From Epiperipatus broadwayi (Eukaryota > Animalia > Onychophora): DNA of 64,000 nt. This document shows, in pieces, positions 25,480 to 38,699 of this stretch (the first letter of the stretch is position 1; each line of letters begins with the position of its first letter). The stretch spans positions 34,596,001-34,660,000 of the forward strand of contig JAQFVV010000001.1 of assembly GCA_028023455.1 (NCBI GenBank), given 5' to 3'. The notes beneath the pieces were generated by a model that worked only from the letters and a program-made list of their open reading frames with translations, made no database searches and was not told the origin of the DNA. The translations under genes and the position numbers were made by a program.

Positions 25480-28075
25480 CTGTCATGATGGACATATGCC
25501 ACACATGCCAAAGATGGCATGTATGTTTTTTTTATTGGTATGTGAATTATTTAGTCAGTAACATATTTTCTAACTTGTTGATGTAAATTTTGTCAAATTG
25601 TAAAGTAACAATAATAAAATGTTTTTCCATCATAATCTTTTTTGGTGTAAATCTAGTTAATGCCATTTATTTTTAAAGTAATGGAAATCATAAACAAAGT
25701 AATGATTATCGATGCCATAATAATTTAAATGCTAACAATTGCTAAGTAATAGATATATAGTTGTTAGTCTGAAGTAATTCTTGTAACAAATAAAACATTT
25801 TTTTTTTTTTAGATTTTGCTGTAAAAGTGAAATATCAAGATAGTATAATTTAACATATAATAAATCTTTGATTTATAAAATGATTAAAGTTAATTTAATT
25901 TTACTTTTAAATAAATTTGATACCACATTATTAATATGATTAATGAAAATAAAAAACAATTATCAATCAGTAGAGAATTCCAAATTTGTACACTGATGAG
26001 TATGGAATGATTAACAAAGGCAACATTGCAGTATGTGTTTTATTTCTTGAAACAATTATATTGAGAACATCATTGTAAAACAGCATTATGAGACCAATCA
26101 TAAATTGCTCCTTGAAAAAAGTAAAGACAAACAAAAAGAATATATTGATTGAGCACTTAAAAATATAAATATCCAATCAACATCTTTAATGAAATAACTA
26201 CTGCTAGTTTTTTTTTTATCCCAAATGTAATTGCCAAACACAGGAAGTCTTTTAATGATGGGAAATATATGAAAGAAATGTGAATGAAATGTGCACCAGT
26301 TCTTTTTGGAGATTTTGAAAACAGAAAAAATTATTCGAAGAATAAAAATTTAACATTGGCTAGAAATAGGTTAAAAAAAGAATCCTACAAATGGCCAACA
26401 ACATAACCTACCAACAAAAAAGAGATGTAAAAATTTCTATAAAAATTTAACATTGGCTAGAAATAGGTTAAAGAAAGAATCCTACAAATGGCCAACAACA
26501 TAACCTACCAACAAAAAAGAGATGTTATGTTAATTTCTCTTTGCCTTGATGAAAGTATGGACATAAGTGGGTCAGCTCGTTTGATTATTTCTATTCACTA
26601 TTGTGTTGGAAATAATATCAAAGAAGAATTGCTTATTTTAATTTCATTAGTAACAGCAAAAAAAAAGGAATAGATATTTGCAATGAAGTTTTAAATATAC
26701 TCACTAAAAAAGAATTAGTCATTGGCAAAATATGACTGGAAAAGAAAATGGTTTTCTCAATTTATTTGCTAACCACATCAGACATTCAATTTTAAGTTTT
26801 TATTACATTATACAGCAGCATATTTTATGTATGAAGGCCGGCTTTAAGTCACTGGATAATGTTATGAATGTTGTCACTAAATTAGTCAATTTTATATCAG
26901 CACATACTCTAAATAAATGCAAATGTATAAACTTATTGATTGAGATAAAGTCAGTATACAATGGCTTATTTATGTATAACAATGTCCTATGGTTAAGTTG
27001 AGGAAAAGTTCTTCAACGATTCGTTGAGTGTTTAGACAAAATTAGATCTGTTTTACGTAATGAGAACATCATTGAAAAATGTAATCAGTTAATGGATATT
27101 GAATGGCTATCGAAATTAGTGTTTAATGATATGTGTTCACATTTGAATTAATTGCAATAGGACAGTTGTTGTCATGTTTGATTTGATCAAGGCACTTGAA
27201 GCTAAATTACAAAATTTTAACCAAAGTATTCTACACCTTCAAATACCTTCCAAATATAAACAAGTTCTTGCTTGATTTAGAATCTTACGAAAAGTCAGAT
27301 CATATAAAATTGGCACAAGCATTTTGTTTTATTATTTAATCGATAATTGATGACATTTCTTCCAAGATTTACACAGTTCAGACAATTTGTAGAAACGGCA
27401 AAATTTTCTTTTATATCCAGACATATGAATGAACAATTCCAATTTAGAAATTTTCAAGTGGTTTAATTTGGAAGATATTAAAATACATTTAGTCAATTTG
27501 AGAAATGAATTAGAAATAATTGAAAATGATCAATTATTGGCATATTTAAAAAGAGTGCTGAAGAGGAAGTATTGCTAGCCTAGATGCTATTCCCGAAACA
27601 TTTAATTATTTAAAAAAATTACCAATCACTATATTATCAATTTTCTCCTCTACATATGCATGTGAGTCATTGTTTTCTGAAATGAATATAATTAAAGACA
27701 TTTCAAGAAATAGAATGGTTAATGAATCCAGTTCACATGTGCATTATTAAAAGTGACAAAAATAAATCAGGTATAAAATATTTGTTATCCAATATATAAC
27801 AGCAAAAATTTCATTAAATAATATTGACTTGTGTTGATTTTAAATGTTTATTTTCAAAATTTTATTTTAATTACTATTAATTTTTTACTATTAAATTTCA
27901 TTCAACTTGTGTTCTTCTAAATAAATATAAGAATTTTGTAAAGCTATGAAATTTAGAAATAAATGAATTATTATTTTGTTTTATAAACTTTTAAAAATTT
28001 GCAATAATTAAGTTGTTTATATTTTTATTTAACAATTGTATGACAGGCATACATATAAAATGTTTGTCACCACTG
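25480..28075 (+). mobile_element. Near full-length decayed hAT transposon (SPIN/GTF2IRD2/EPM2AIP1-like transposase)
   Basis: 8-bp TSD ctctatat at 25472-25479 and 28076-28083, with degenerate TIRs. Protein relics IAKHRKSFNDGKYMKE, SLCLDESMDISGSARL, MTGKENGFLNLF, YNNVLWLS*GKVLQRF and ILSIFSSTYACESLFSEMNIIKDISRNRM. Confidence 0.92.
26343..26525 (+). repeat. Direct duplication of ~86 bp (period 97) inside the hAT transposase
   Basis: taaaaatttaacattggctagaaataggttaaa.aaagaatcctacaaatggccaacaacataacctaccaacaaaaaagagatgt at 26343 and 26440, one mismatch. Confidence 0.95.
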
Positions 28076-28281
28076 CTCTATATGATATTTAAAAAAATAT
28101 ATATCAAAATATTGAGTCTTTTTTTTTTTAAAAAAAAAATTATTATGTACATTGTTTTAGAATGATCAGTGAAATCACAATTTTAATTAAACTTTCTTTT
28201 TCAAGTTATACCCAAAAATATATAATAATGATAATATTCTCAGATAAATGATTTCTAATTTCAGTCCACACTTTGGATGCC

Positions 28282-28540
28282 AAAATCTGTACCGGTATAA
28301 AATGCATGTAATTTTAATTATCATTAGACCTACAAAGTGGGCCAACCAGAATCTATATCAATATAAATTAATGAATACCATACTTAATAACCCATGTATC
28401 TATCTGGTTGTCAAAATCTGTAATGTTATAACATGAATGAAAATTATTGTACACAACTAATTGAGCAACCTAAATCTATGATAGTATAAATATTGTTTTA
28501 GGTTATATGGCTAAAGTCTGTAATGATATAAATATGAATA
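28282..28540 (+). repeat. Five degenerate ~28-bp motifs separated by dissimilar spacers
   Basis: AAATCTRT......TATAAA...TGAAT-like units start at 28282, 28348, 28413, 28471 and 28512. Confidence 0.6.
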
Positions 28541-30607
28541 AGTCACTAACTATTACTTAAAGAAAACTACAATGAATTTAAAATGAATAAACTATCATTA
28601 AATAAATAACTTGTCATATTTGAACACTAATTATAATTTAATTACCAAATAGCCTATCATGTTTGGTAATACTAATTTTACAATAGTATGATGTAACTGT
28701 ATATTTTAATGAATAATTTTATAACACTTTAATTTAATATCCTATTATAAAACAAAATACATTGAGCTCGCCTTATTAATTTAATATGGAGAACTTGGCT
28801 TAATTTTTTAATTAATAAAGTTTCAATAAAAATTATTAAAATATGGTAATAAATTATTAAGATATATAAATGTTTATTTATAGTTTAGCTAGCTGAATAT
28901 TTACTATAAAAAAAATTAAAATATGTAGAAAAATCTTTTAATTAATACTACAGAATAATGTAATCAATAAATTAGAAATAATCATAAGATTCGAATTTAA
29001 TAATTAAAATAAAATTTATTAACATTAAAAAAATGTAATAAATAGATAATATATCAATTGATGACTGATAAAGTAACCTTAAGATAAGTTTTGTTAATAT
29101 TTTTAATTTCTGTAACTATGAAATGATGCAAAGATAACAGAGGGGGGGAAATCTATTTGTATAATCAACACTAAATAAATCTTTATTTATATATTAAAAA
29201 AAAAAAAGACGTCTGTTTTAATTTGTTTCTTAATAATTCTATAATTATAAATGAATGCCAAACAATTTAAATACAACTGATTTTTTTTTTTTTTTCCAAT
29301 TGTATATTTCTATTAAATATAACTGGTTTGTATTTATATTTTAAAGATATTGTTTTTCAATTTATAAGTAATGAAACATAAAACACTCTTCTAAAACATT
29401 ATATAAAAGTAAGATTAAACTTTAATAAAGATATTTAAATGTGTTGTTATAGAATCCATTAAAGAAATATTCAACAATACTTGGAATACTATCAACACAA
29501 TAATAATAAAAATACATATATAAAATTTATAGTTCGCAAATCCGAATGCTTATTATTCCTGATGCAGAATGAACTATTAATCAACTATATTTGAAGTTTG
29601 TCAAAGTTCTCATAGTATCATTCATAATCAGAATATCATAAAATAAGCAAAGTACTCATTTTTAAAATAATATATATTTGTGTTGTTTTTTTTTTTTTGT
29701 GGTTATATAAAAATAAACATTATTTTATCCTTTTGAGTAACTGAAATTCTTTAGTAAATCACGATAATATCCATTTTATTTATGATTTTATTTTAAATCC
29801 GTTCTAGTTATTTCATGGCACACAATATATATTTTAATTTCATCATAGTGAGAAACGCACATTTCTTTAAATTTATCATATTATATTAGTCTTTGTGACA
29901 ATTTTATTTCTAGGTGTTCCAGATTTCTGTTGAAAGACTGGGTCTTTCAGAGCCAACTTTTCTTTATATGCAGCCCTCCATTATTAAATTTCAAATTAAC
30001 CATTAAATTTTAATAATATAACACTTTGGAATTGTGTTTACTGAAGAGGCAAAGCAAGAGAGAGTGTGTTCAATTTTAAATCAGTGGCTTTTATATCATT
30101 TTCCCCATGATAAAATATTGATGTGTATCATCTTAGATACTGTCTCTATAGACTCACTCAATTCCACTATTTTATTATCATACAGAGTCAAATTCTACTT
30201 GATAAAAAGTTCCCTTAAATAAAATCTGCCTTCCATAACAAAATGTTTTCTTTAAATTTTTAAACAAACAATTTAAAAAATAATAATACAGTGAATTTAC
30301 AATTTTAAAATTATAACTTGAATAAAATATTTCTTGCATAAACAAAACACGTGCATATCTGCTCACATATGAAACAATAATTTACTATCTATTTATTTAT
30401 GTTTAGGTGATGATTATTAGATGCTTGCAGTAAAATGAAATATTAAGAAATGAGTCTGCTAACATGTATTTTATCTATTCTTTTTTAATAATAAACTATC
30501 ATTTGTACTACATAAATCTAATATATTACTTATTAAGTTTAAATTAAATCAAATATCACAAATGTTATACTATTTGACTGAAGATTTATGATGATGGTAT
30601 ATTCAAT

Positions 30608-31097
30608 ATGATAATGTATTGGACAATTTCTGTTCATCTATCAGTAAATGTTGAATGTACAGAAAATTTTAAACTTTATTTAAACTTTTCTAATACAAAC
30701 AACTTGTTAGTAATAACACACAAATAGACAACATATGCTATTAACCTGTGTTGTCTATTTGTGTATTAATTACTACCAAGTTGTTTATAACAGGCAAAAC
30801 TCTCCATACAGTAGTGCCAACCAGAGTAATCAATGGATGCCAGAAGGCTTGTGCATAGGATGAGTAGGCGCTAGATGGGGATTTTATGCACAAGCCTTCT
30901 GGCATCCATTGATTACTCTGGATGGCATTGAGTAGCACTACTATATGGAGAGTTTTGACTATGTTAATAACAGTTATGTGCTAGCATAAGAAATAGTGTT
31001 AAGTTGTTTGTACTTGAAAAGTTTAAATAAAGTTTACAATTTTCTATACATTCAACATTTACTGATAGATGATAGAAATTGTCCATCATATTATCAT
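30608..31097. mobile_element. Branched foldback element: ~100-bp outer inverted arms enclosing two internal hairpins
   Basis: 30608-30705 pairs with 31001-31097. Hairpin A spans 30698-30785. Hairpin B spans 30796-30956 and has perfect 37-bp arms (30821-30857 / 30885-30921). Confidence 0.88.
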
Positions 31098-34000
31098 AAC
31101 AAATGTCATACTACTTTACATTTACTGTACCATTAATAATGCTCTGTTAATAATATAAATCACTTGATCCATTCAAATCAATTGATAATAAATGAATCCA
31201 TATATAATTTTTTTTATGAATACAATACTTTCAGATGTGAACTCAATCTTAAGATAGTTCTATATGTGTATATTAGTTAGTTGATAAATATTTTATTTTT
31301 AATAACTAATTATAGTAGGTGTGGATTCAATAAATACTGTGAGGAAAAAAAATATTAATTAGAAGAAAAAAATTGAAATGTATATATTCTGCATTTGGCT
31401 TTTTATTGTTTACTTTGTGCTTCACTTGTTTTAGTCATATTGCTGTATCAGTGACTCTCAGAAAATTAATTTTTTTGTTTAAAATGGTCCCAAAGCATAA
31501 TAATTCTAGTAAATCTTTACAGGCCATAAAGTACTTTTTTATATGAATAAATGGAAAGAAAGAAAAAATAGATGGCTAAAGCTGGAAAATATTCAATAAG
31601 AACAAATTGTCAATTATTAAAATACAATAAACTGAAAAAGAAATCTGATCTAGAATTATGGACTCTTTCAAAACTACTAAAGTTAATAATACATGATATT
31701 TAATGAAGATTGAAAAAGCATTAAATTTATGTGGATAATATAAACAGAAAAAGGTTCTGATAGATGGTGCAGTACTGTGGGAGGAAAAGCACTGAATTTA
31801 TAATAAAATTTTCACAGAAAAGAAAGATTTGCATCAAATCATTTAATTGCAAGTAATAAGGGTTGCATAGATTCAGAAATCTGTAAGAATTTAAAAATTG
31901 AATTATTGTATATCTTTTTAGATTTGGCAGAATTGCTATCTTCATTAACTTTGCATTTTGGGTATATTTTAACTAGAAATTTGAATTCACAAGAAAATAT
32001 CTACTATCTGTTAAAACAAATGTGTATAAAATTACATTACATAAGAAATATATTTTTTGCATTTGTGATGCTTTTATTTGCTGCACTGTTTTAAAAATTA
32101 TTTAAGAAAAATTATTATTTAGAAAGTAAAAATAAATAGTAAGGGGATTCAGTAAGGTCACTAACAAAAATTATTATTTTTAAAATGGTTTAAAATTTAA
32201 TTTAAAAATCAATGTTTTTTTTTTTAATATATTTTGAATTCAGTATGGATTGTAACAAATTTGAGAGATGAATATAATCGTAGAGGGGGTGTTATTGCAG
32301 CATTAAAAATTATTTTGTAGCTAAAACTTTTTTCTTACAATTTATTAATTAGTACTATTTCATAGATTTTATAGGAAATTATTATCAAAAAATAATAAAT
32401 AATTTTTTATGAATTTTTTTTTTAGTATTGACTAAATATTTAAGCAATTATTGTCATAGAGCTTACATTAACAGTTTTATACATGGTATATGTAAAGATA
32501 TTATGTATCTATGTATAGCAGTCATAAACAAACCACTATGAAAGCACACCCCTCACACACTATTTGAAAAGTTTATTTTTTCTGGGTATCTTTCAATGGA
32601 AAAAAAATCTCATCTTCCAGTTTAATAACTGACTCATTCATTTGTTTTATTATTTAACTAAATTAGAAATAGATCTTTCGAAATATAATTTTTGATTATT
32701 TAGTTTTTTTATTTTATTTATTTATTCAGCAATGTTTTAATGGTGTAGCGTACTTCATCAATTTATGATGTCACTCTAAATATGAATGCCTGGAAAAATT
32801 GTGTTAAAATAGTGATAAGCAATATCCAACTCCTAACCATAATCATCAAGTGTATCAATGGCTTGATCATTATGTTTTGCATTGATCGCTGAAATCTGAT
32901 TTTATATGTACAATTTCTGTAGGCAAAACATTAAATTTTTTTTAATTCTATCTTAAATCTGGCCTTTATTCAAGTATTTGCATCTTGTCTAATGTCATTA
33001 TTAAAATTCATTTATTGATAATGTTAATATGACTCATAGTTTTATCATTTTTATCTCGATTTGTATCAATCTAGATTTTTTTTTTTTTAATTTTCTAATG
33101 AATCAGAAAGTAATTTTGAAATATACTGGGTTTTTTTAATTTATGTATCTTCATTCATGCATTAACTTTTATTTATTATCATAACATGCTTGTTCTGCCA
33201 GTTTCTATATTGTGTTGATAAATAGCACAATGAGATGGTTTTTAAGAAAAAAATGTGATTATTCCAATAACTATATAATTTTTTTTTAAGATATACTTTT
33301 TTTATAGGCAGTACTAAAGTCAAATTGTAGTTATTTTATATATATATATTGTAACGGTATGCACCCTCTCAACAAGATAAGTTAAGACAGTCGCATCTCA
33401 CTATAGTAAGATTTAAGGTCTTCATATAGGATGCTGTGAATGATGTGATTTAATTTTGATATAAAACTATATTTGTCCCAATAAATAACTTATTATTAAT
33501 AAATTATTATATCTAAACCACATCAAATGAATTTCTACATTAATTAACTTTACCATTATGCTCAGATTTCGAACTCAGGGAAGTTTAACAATTTACTCTC
33601 TTCAGGGGTTCCTATCAATATTCTAAAGTCATATTAATGACAAATCTCACTAAGAAGACTTCATTTAATTTAATATAAAAAAACATAATTATTTATTTAA
33701 CAATTAAATAACTTAAATTTTACAATATATAAAAAAATATTTATATATCTACCTCCTTATATTAAAAATATAAATATTCTATTTACTTACGGTAGATATA
33801 TTTTCTAATCTATAACACTACGTGATTTTACAATGTATATAAAATATAAGTATCCAGATATTAAGACTTTTATATTAACACTATTTTACAATAAATTAGA
33901 TTATATAAATAATAATTCAATCACTTGTATATAATACCTTCATTCCTTAAAATGATTGTCCTAGTAACTTATATTTATTAATATAAAAATATATACTTCA

Positions 34001-35474
34001 CAACAATGTTGAAATCATTTATTCACTTATGATACATTAAGCTTATTAGATTATTTGGATTAGTATAAACAATGTAGTGTCATGTCATAGAAAATAATAG
34101 TATGTGAATTTAAAAATAATTTAATCTCTTACCTCCAAGTTCACATTATCCCTTTCCCATATTAACATTTCTTAACCTATATTTAAATCTTTATTAATCA
34201 TAAATAAAAATATCTTAAATTATTAATTCTCTCTTATTATTCATAAGAAATGAATACGATGAGAAAGGAAATGAAATTAACTTTTCCCAATTATAATTTT
34301 CAAAAAAAAAACTTAAATGGTATTTATAAAAGTTGATACAATAATCTCAGATGTTCCTCGCGAATGAAAATCCTTCTAAGACGCAATTCTTGATTCCTTC
34401 ATTGTTAGACATTAAAGAAAATAATAGAATATCCTAAGTTGACATTTAGTTTTCTCTTTATATGTAGATTTCATCTTCTTAATACACAGTTTCTTTATTA
34501 ACAATTATAATTCCATTTTGAAGATCTAACTTTTATATAATCTTATAGGCATTCAGCAAAAGATGTTATTCACACATATATATTTGACTAGGCAAGTGCA
34601 TTTCATATATTCTACGATAAATAAGTGTTCTACGCACTTTGCATTTTCCTTACAATGTAAAGTACATTAAATCTAGTTGACGTTTTTATAAACATGTTCT
34701 TTTTTAAAACGAAGTTTAGAATTTAGAACATGTAATTCGAACAATTTTTATAGAACACGAAAATATATTCAGATTACTTTCTTTAAACAAATATTAGAAA
34801 TTTTTTCTAATGAGTATTAAATTGTTCAAAATATAGATGTTATCTTACACTGTTCTTTTAAATCGAACATAGTATAAGTTTTTATAAGGATATAGCTGAC
34901 AAAAAATAGAATCCTTAGTTTTCTAATAAAAAAGCATAGAATTAATATATTATATCTCGCTCCATCAGCTTGCTGAAGCAAATGCATTCTACATTGTTGC
35001 AATAACAATTCGATATTAAAACACTACGTTAATTTCATTTCCTTTAATTTGATAAACTATGTGAACCCAAAGGTCGTTCATAACCTTGTCAACCATCTTT
35101 TGTTGACATTTTTTTTTTCATTTTAAAGAATGAAAAATACTAACTTACTAAATTATATATTTATTTTCATAAATATAATAAGAATGCAAATATGTATACA
35201 TATTGATTACATGTATGTATGAGTATATATATACTCCTACAATATATTTGTTTTTTAATATTTTTCTTTCTCTTAATGATCTAACAAATACAATTTCTAA
35301 ATTAAAAGTGAGTTATTTCAATTGAATCTGTATTTGTTTTAAATTATTTAGTTGCTTGAATGAAGTTATTGTTGATTTTAACTCAGTTTGTATGAATTTA
35401 TATTGATTATTATTATAATTATAAAATTATATGCTTTAAGTCAAATTACTGTAATTATAAATATACAATAACTG

Positions 35475-35590
35475 TATTGAGAAAAGTTTTTTTACAGTTT
35501 GTTTTATTTTATGTGCTTAGTCGACTAGGAATTGAAAGTCGGCTAAGCACACAAAAAATAAAACAAACTGTAAGAAAGCTTTTCTCAATA
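35475..35590 (+). other. Near-perfect ~50-bp stem-loop (10-nt loop) 70 nt upstream of the 3' splice site
   Basis: tattgagaaaag...gtgcttagtcgact [aggaattgaa] agtcggctaagcac...ctttttctcaata. Confidence 0.9.
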
Positions 35591-35659
35591 TGGTTATCGC
35601 ATATTTATAATTGATTATTATTGTGTTTCTTATGCCTTGCATTGCTTTTTTCTGTTCAG

Positions 35660-35805
35660 CAGAATTTCGCCGCAGGATACGGTGGTTATAATTATCAGCA
35701 AATGGGTTTTTGGTACCCGCAAAGTTATCCTCAGATGCAGGGACAGTTCATGCAAGGTGTTCAAGGATATCCTTATGGACAGTATGGATACCAACAAAGT
35801 TATGG
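35660..35805 (+). CDS. TIAL1: TIA-1/TIAR exon encoding the Q/G/Y-rich low-complexity (prion-like) C-terminal region
   Basis: Acceptor cttttttctgttcag|CAG (phase 0, matching the upstream donor). Translation QNFAAGYGGYNYQQMGFWYPQSYPQMQGQFMQGVQGYPYGQYGYQQSYG. Donor GG|GTAAGA at 35806 (phase 2). Confidence 0.9.
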
Positions 35806-38699
35806 GTAAGAAAAAGTGACAATTTTAGATTACAATTTTAAAATATAACTTTTTCTGATATTTTTTTAAAATAGAAAAAAAAATGAAGTTACTTAGGCTT
35901 AATCCAATAAGTATTTAATCCTTTAGTTATAATAAGTTTGCAACATGAATAATAAAAATACATATTAAAGAAAAATAGAACTTTGTCTGTTAATATACAA
36001 TTTATAAGGATTTTAATATTTCACATGACCACCTCTTTCTCTCCAAAGTATGTGATGTTGCCACTGTTTTGGCTTTAAATCATTCTTTTGCAGCTATCTT
36101 TAGTATTATTTTGCTAGTTTTATTATATTTATATGACACCAAAAAAGTGAAATTATAATAATTTTAAAAAAATCTCAAGATGTCAGTATCATACAATATC
36201 TTGTTTCAAAGGATCTGAAAGATAATATATTGTTGATTGGTAATTTCTAATTCTGTCTGCATGAGAATGATTGCAAAAGGTTTCTAGCATATTCTTTTGT
36301 TAGATTTCAAAAGTGAAAACATTTTCCATAATGGTTACATATATATAATTACTTTTCACAAAATATTTGTTCAATGTTTATTTTTTTTAGAAAAGTAATG
36401 TCATTAGATTGGATTTTATTGGAAAAAATTTACTTTTAGAAGAAATCACACCAAGAAAAATCAATAATGTACTGCCATGACTTGTAATTGTCTGAAAAAG
36501 AATGTTTTTTATATTAATTGTACATTTTCTTATCTCATTTTATAAAAATTATAAGTAGAATTTTAAATAAAATTTTGTTAGTTTTAAATAATCTGAACAA
36601 AAATTATTTGAGCTTACAAAGTAAGAAAAAACAATTCTGTTGTTTGTTTGTTTTTTTAGTTGTTGTTTTTACCATAACTTACTATCTATTTCAGATTTTT
36701 GTTTTACATATATATATTTGCAAAGTTAAAATAAGAATGTTAAGTACAGTGTTTATTTGTAACAAAGAATTTAAAATTTCTGAAAATAAAATAAAGAATA
36801 TTTGTAAATTTAATCAAATAAAAAGTTGGAAATTTAATGCAATTATTGCTGGGGTTAAAAATAAATGAATAGCTGAAAGAAAGATTAATAAGCTATTAGT
36901 ATTAATTCCATTTATTTTCAGTATTCAAAATCATTATAAAAAAAAGGCTTTTATCATTTTTTGGTGATTAGCAAATAATATTTAATTAAATATCAAAAAC
37001 AAAAATGATTTGTCTCTAAATTGAAAGCTGCATAAGTAATCATTATTATTGTAATTATAATATATAAATAAATGAAATAAAATTACTTTTATATAATTCA
37101 TTATGTTTTAATTGCTAAATCACTTAAGATTGAAAAAAAATTATGTGAAGGAAAATTAGAAGAGAATCCCCAGAGTTTTGTGGAACTGCAGTAGTGACAT
37201 ATTAAGATTGGAATGAAAAAATAGACAATATTAGTGTAAAAGATGTTATGATTTGATGTAAAATGAAAGGAGTTAGGCTATTTTTATGTGTTTAATCAAT
37301 TAAACCAGATAAAAAAAAATTATAGTCTAGTATAGAATATTAGCATTGATTTGGCATGAACTCTAGAATCTTTTTAGACACCTGAGAAAGTCACCAAACC
37401 ACTAGCGAAATGAATAAGCAATAAATTTACACTTATTGGTATTCTGCTTTGTATAAAAACAATATGTAATTATTTGGAAATTTTAATGTGTGTTATGCAA
37501 TTTTAATAAAGAAATAGTAGAATACAAAGTTATATTTTTTTTTGTGTTTTTTCCCCCTTTTTGAAATCTTTATAATGTGTGTTAAATTTTAATGAACAAA
37601 TAGTAGAATAAAAATTGTAACATATTAATGAATAAGTAATAGACCCATTTTTTTTCTTAAACAACAAGAACAATGCAACTGGGAAAATAGTGATATGTGT
37701 ACTTTTACTGAAAATTTTATCAACCTTTATGCAGTGTGACAAACCTAAATGTTATCTCTGGTGGCTCTTTTTAGCATTAAACCATCATTATGTAGAATTC
37801 GATAAAATGAACTTGATTTCAAGATAGAAATGTATATATATACAAATTTAAAAATTTCTAAAAATTCATATTTAGACTTTGCAAGTATTGAAAAAATGAA
37901 TTTGTAATGACAACAAAATATAATTTAATGATTGGCTGAACAAAATCTTCTTTATTTTTAATTTATTTTTAAAACACATAAATGATAATCTATCAAAGTC
38001 TGTTCTAATCTATTCAGGATTCAACTCCACCTTTCTTATCTGAATAGGCTCTAGGAAGTTTTTCTTCTATATTTTCACATTTTATTTTTACAATTAAACC
38101 TTTTTTCTATATCATATATTGATAATCTTTGTATTATTTATTATAAGCTCAAGCTTTTAAACAATAAACAAAAAATAAATATTTGAACTTTGTAAAATAG
38201 GAAAATAAAATACTAAATGAAGATCTTAACTATAACATTGATGCTTGACATTATCAAAAAGTTAGTAAAATGAAATGTTAGATATTTGAATTCCATTTTT
38301 AAAATTGAAAAAAAATATAGTTAGTTATCATTAAAGAAAGAAAATATATGTTAAAAACAAACATTAAATTTATTGTTATTAAAAAAAAATCTCTTTATTA
38401 GTATTGACAAAAATAAAAAATGCTTCCACTTTGCCCTAAAAAAATTTTTAAGAGTTGTCTTCTTAAAAATAGATGTTTTCATATAAAATCTAGTTGAAAT
38501 CAAATAAGTTTTTGGTTTTAAAAAATATTTTATAAAAATTATTGCCTAAATAGTTTTTAATATGTAAACAAATTACTGAAAATTACAATATTTCTTTTTA
38601 AAGACCAAAAAAAAAATAAAAAATTTTACCTGATGCAAAACATTCCACCAATCAGAAATTGTCATTTCTATAAATATCAAAATGGGTTAGGTCTAACTT

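Larger units (their letters stand above)
1630..35659 (+). other. ~34-kb GT-AG intron of the TIA-1/TIAR gene (may contain alternative exons)
   Basis: Bounded by phase-compatible donor and acceptor of the two exons. Filled with TE relics. Confidence 0.75.

Noticed and set aside
28282-28540. CRISPR array
   Set aside because: Eukaryotic intron, degenerate repeats, variable spacer length and no cas genes.
33351-33530. Solo LTR starting TGTAACG with AATAAA
   Set aside because: No CA end with a matching TSD, and no second copy in the window.
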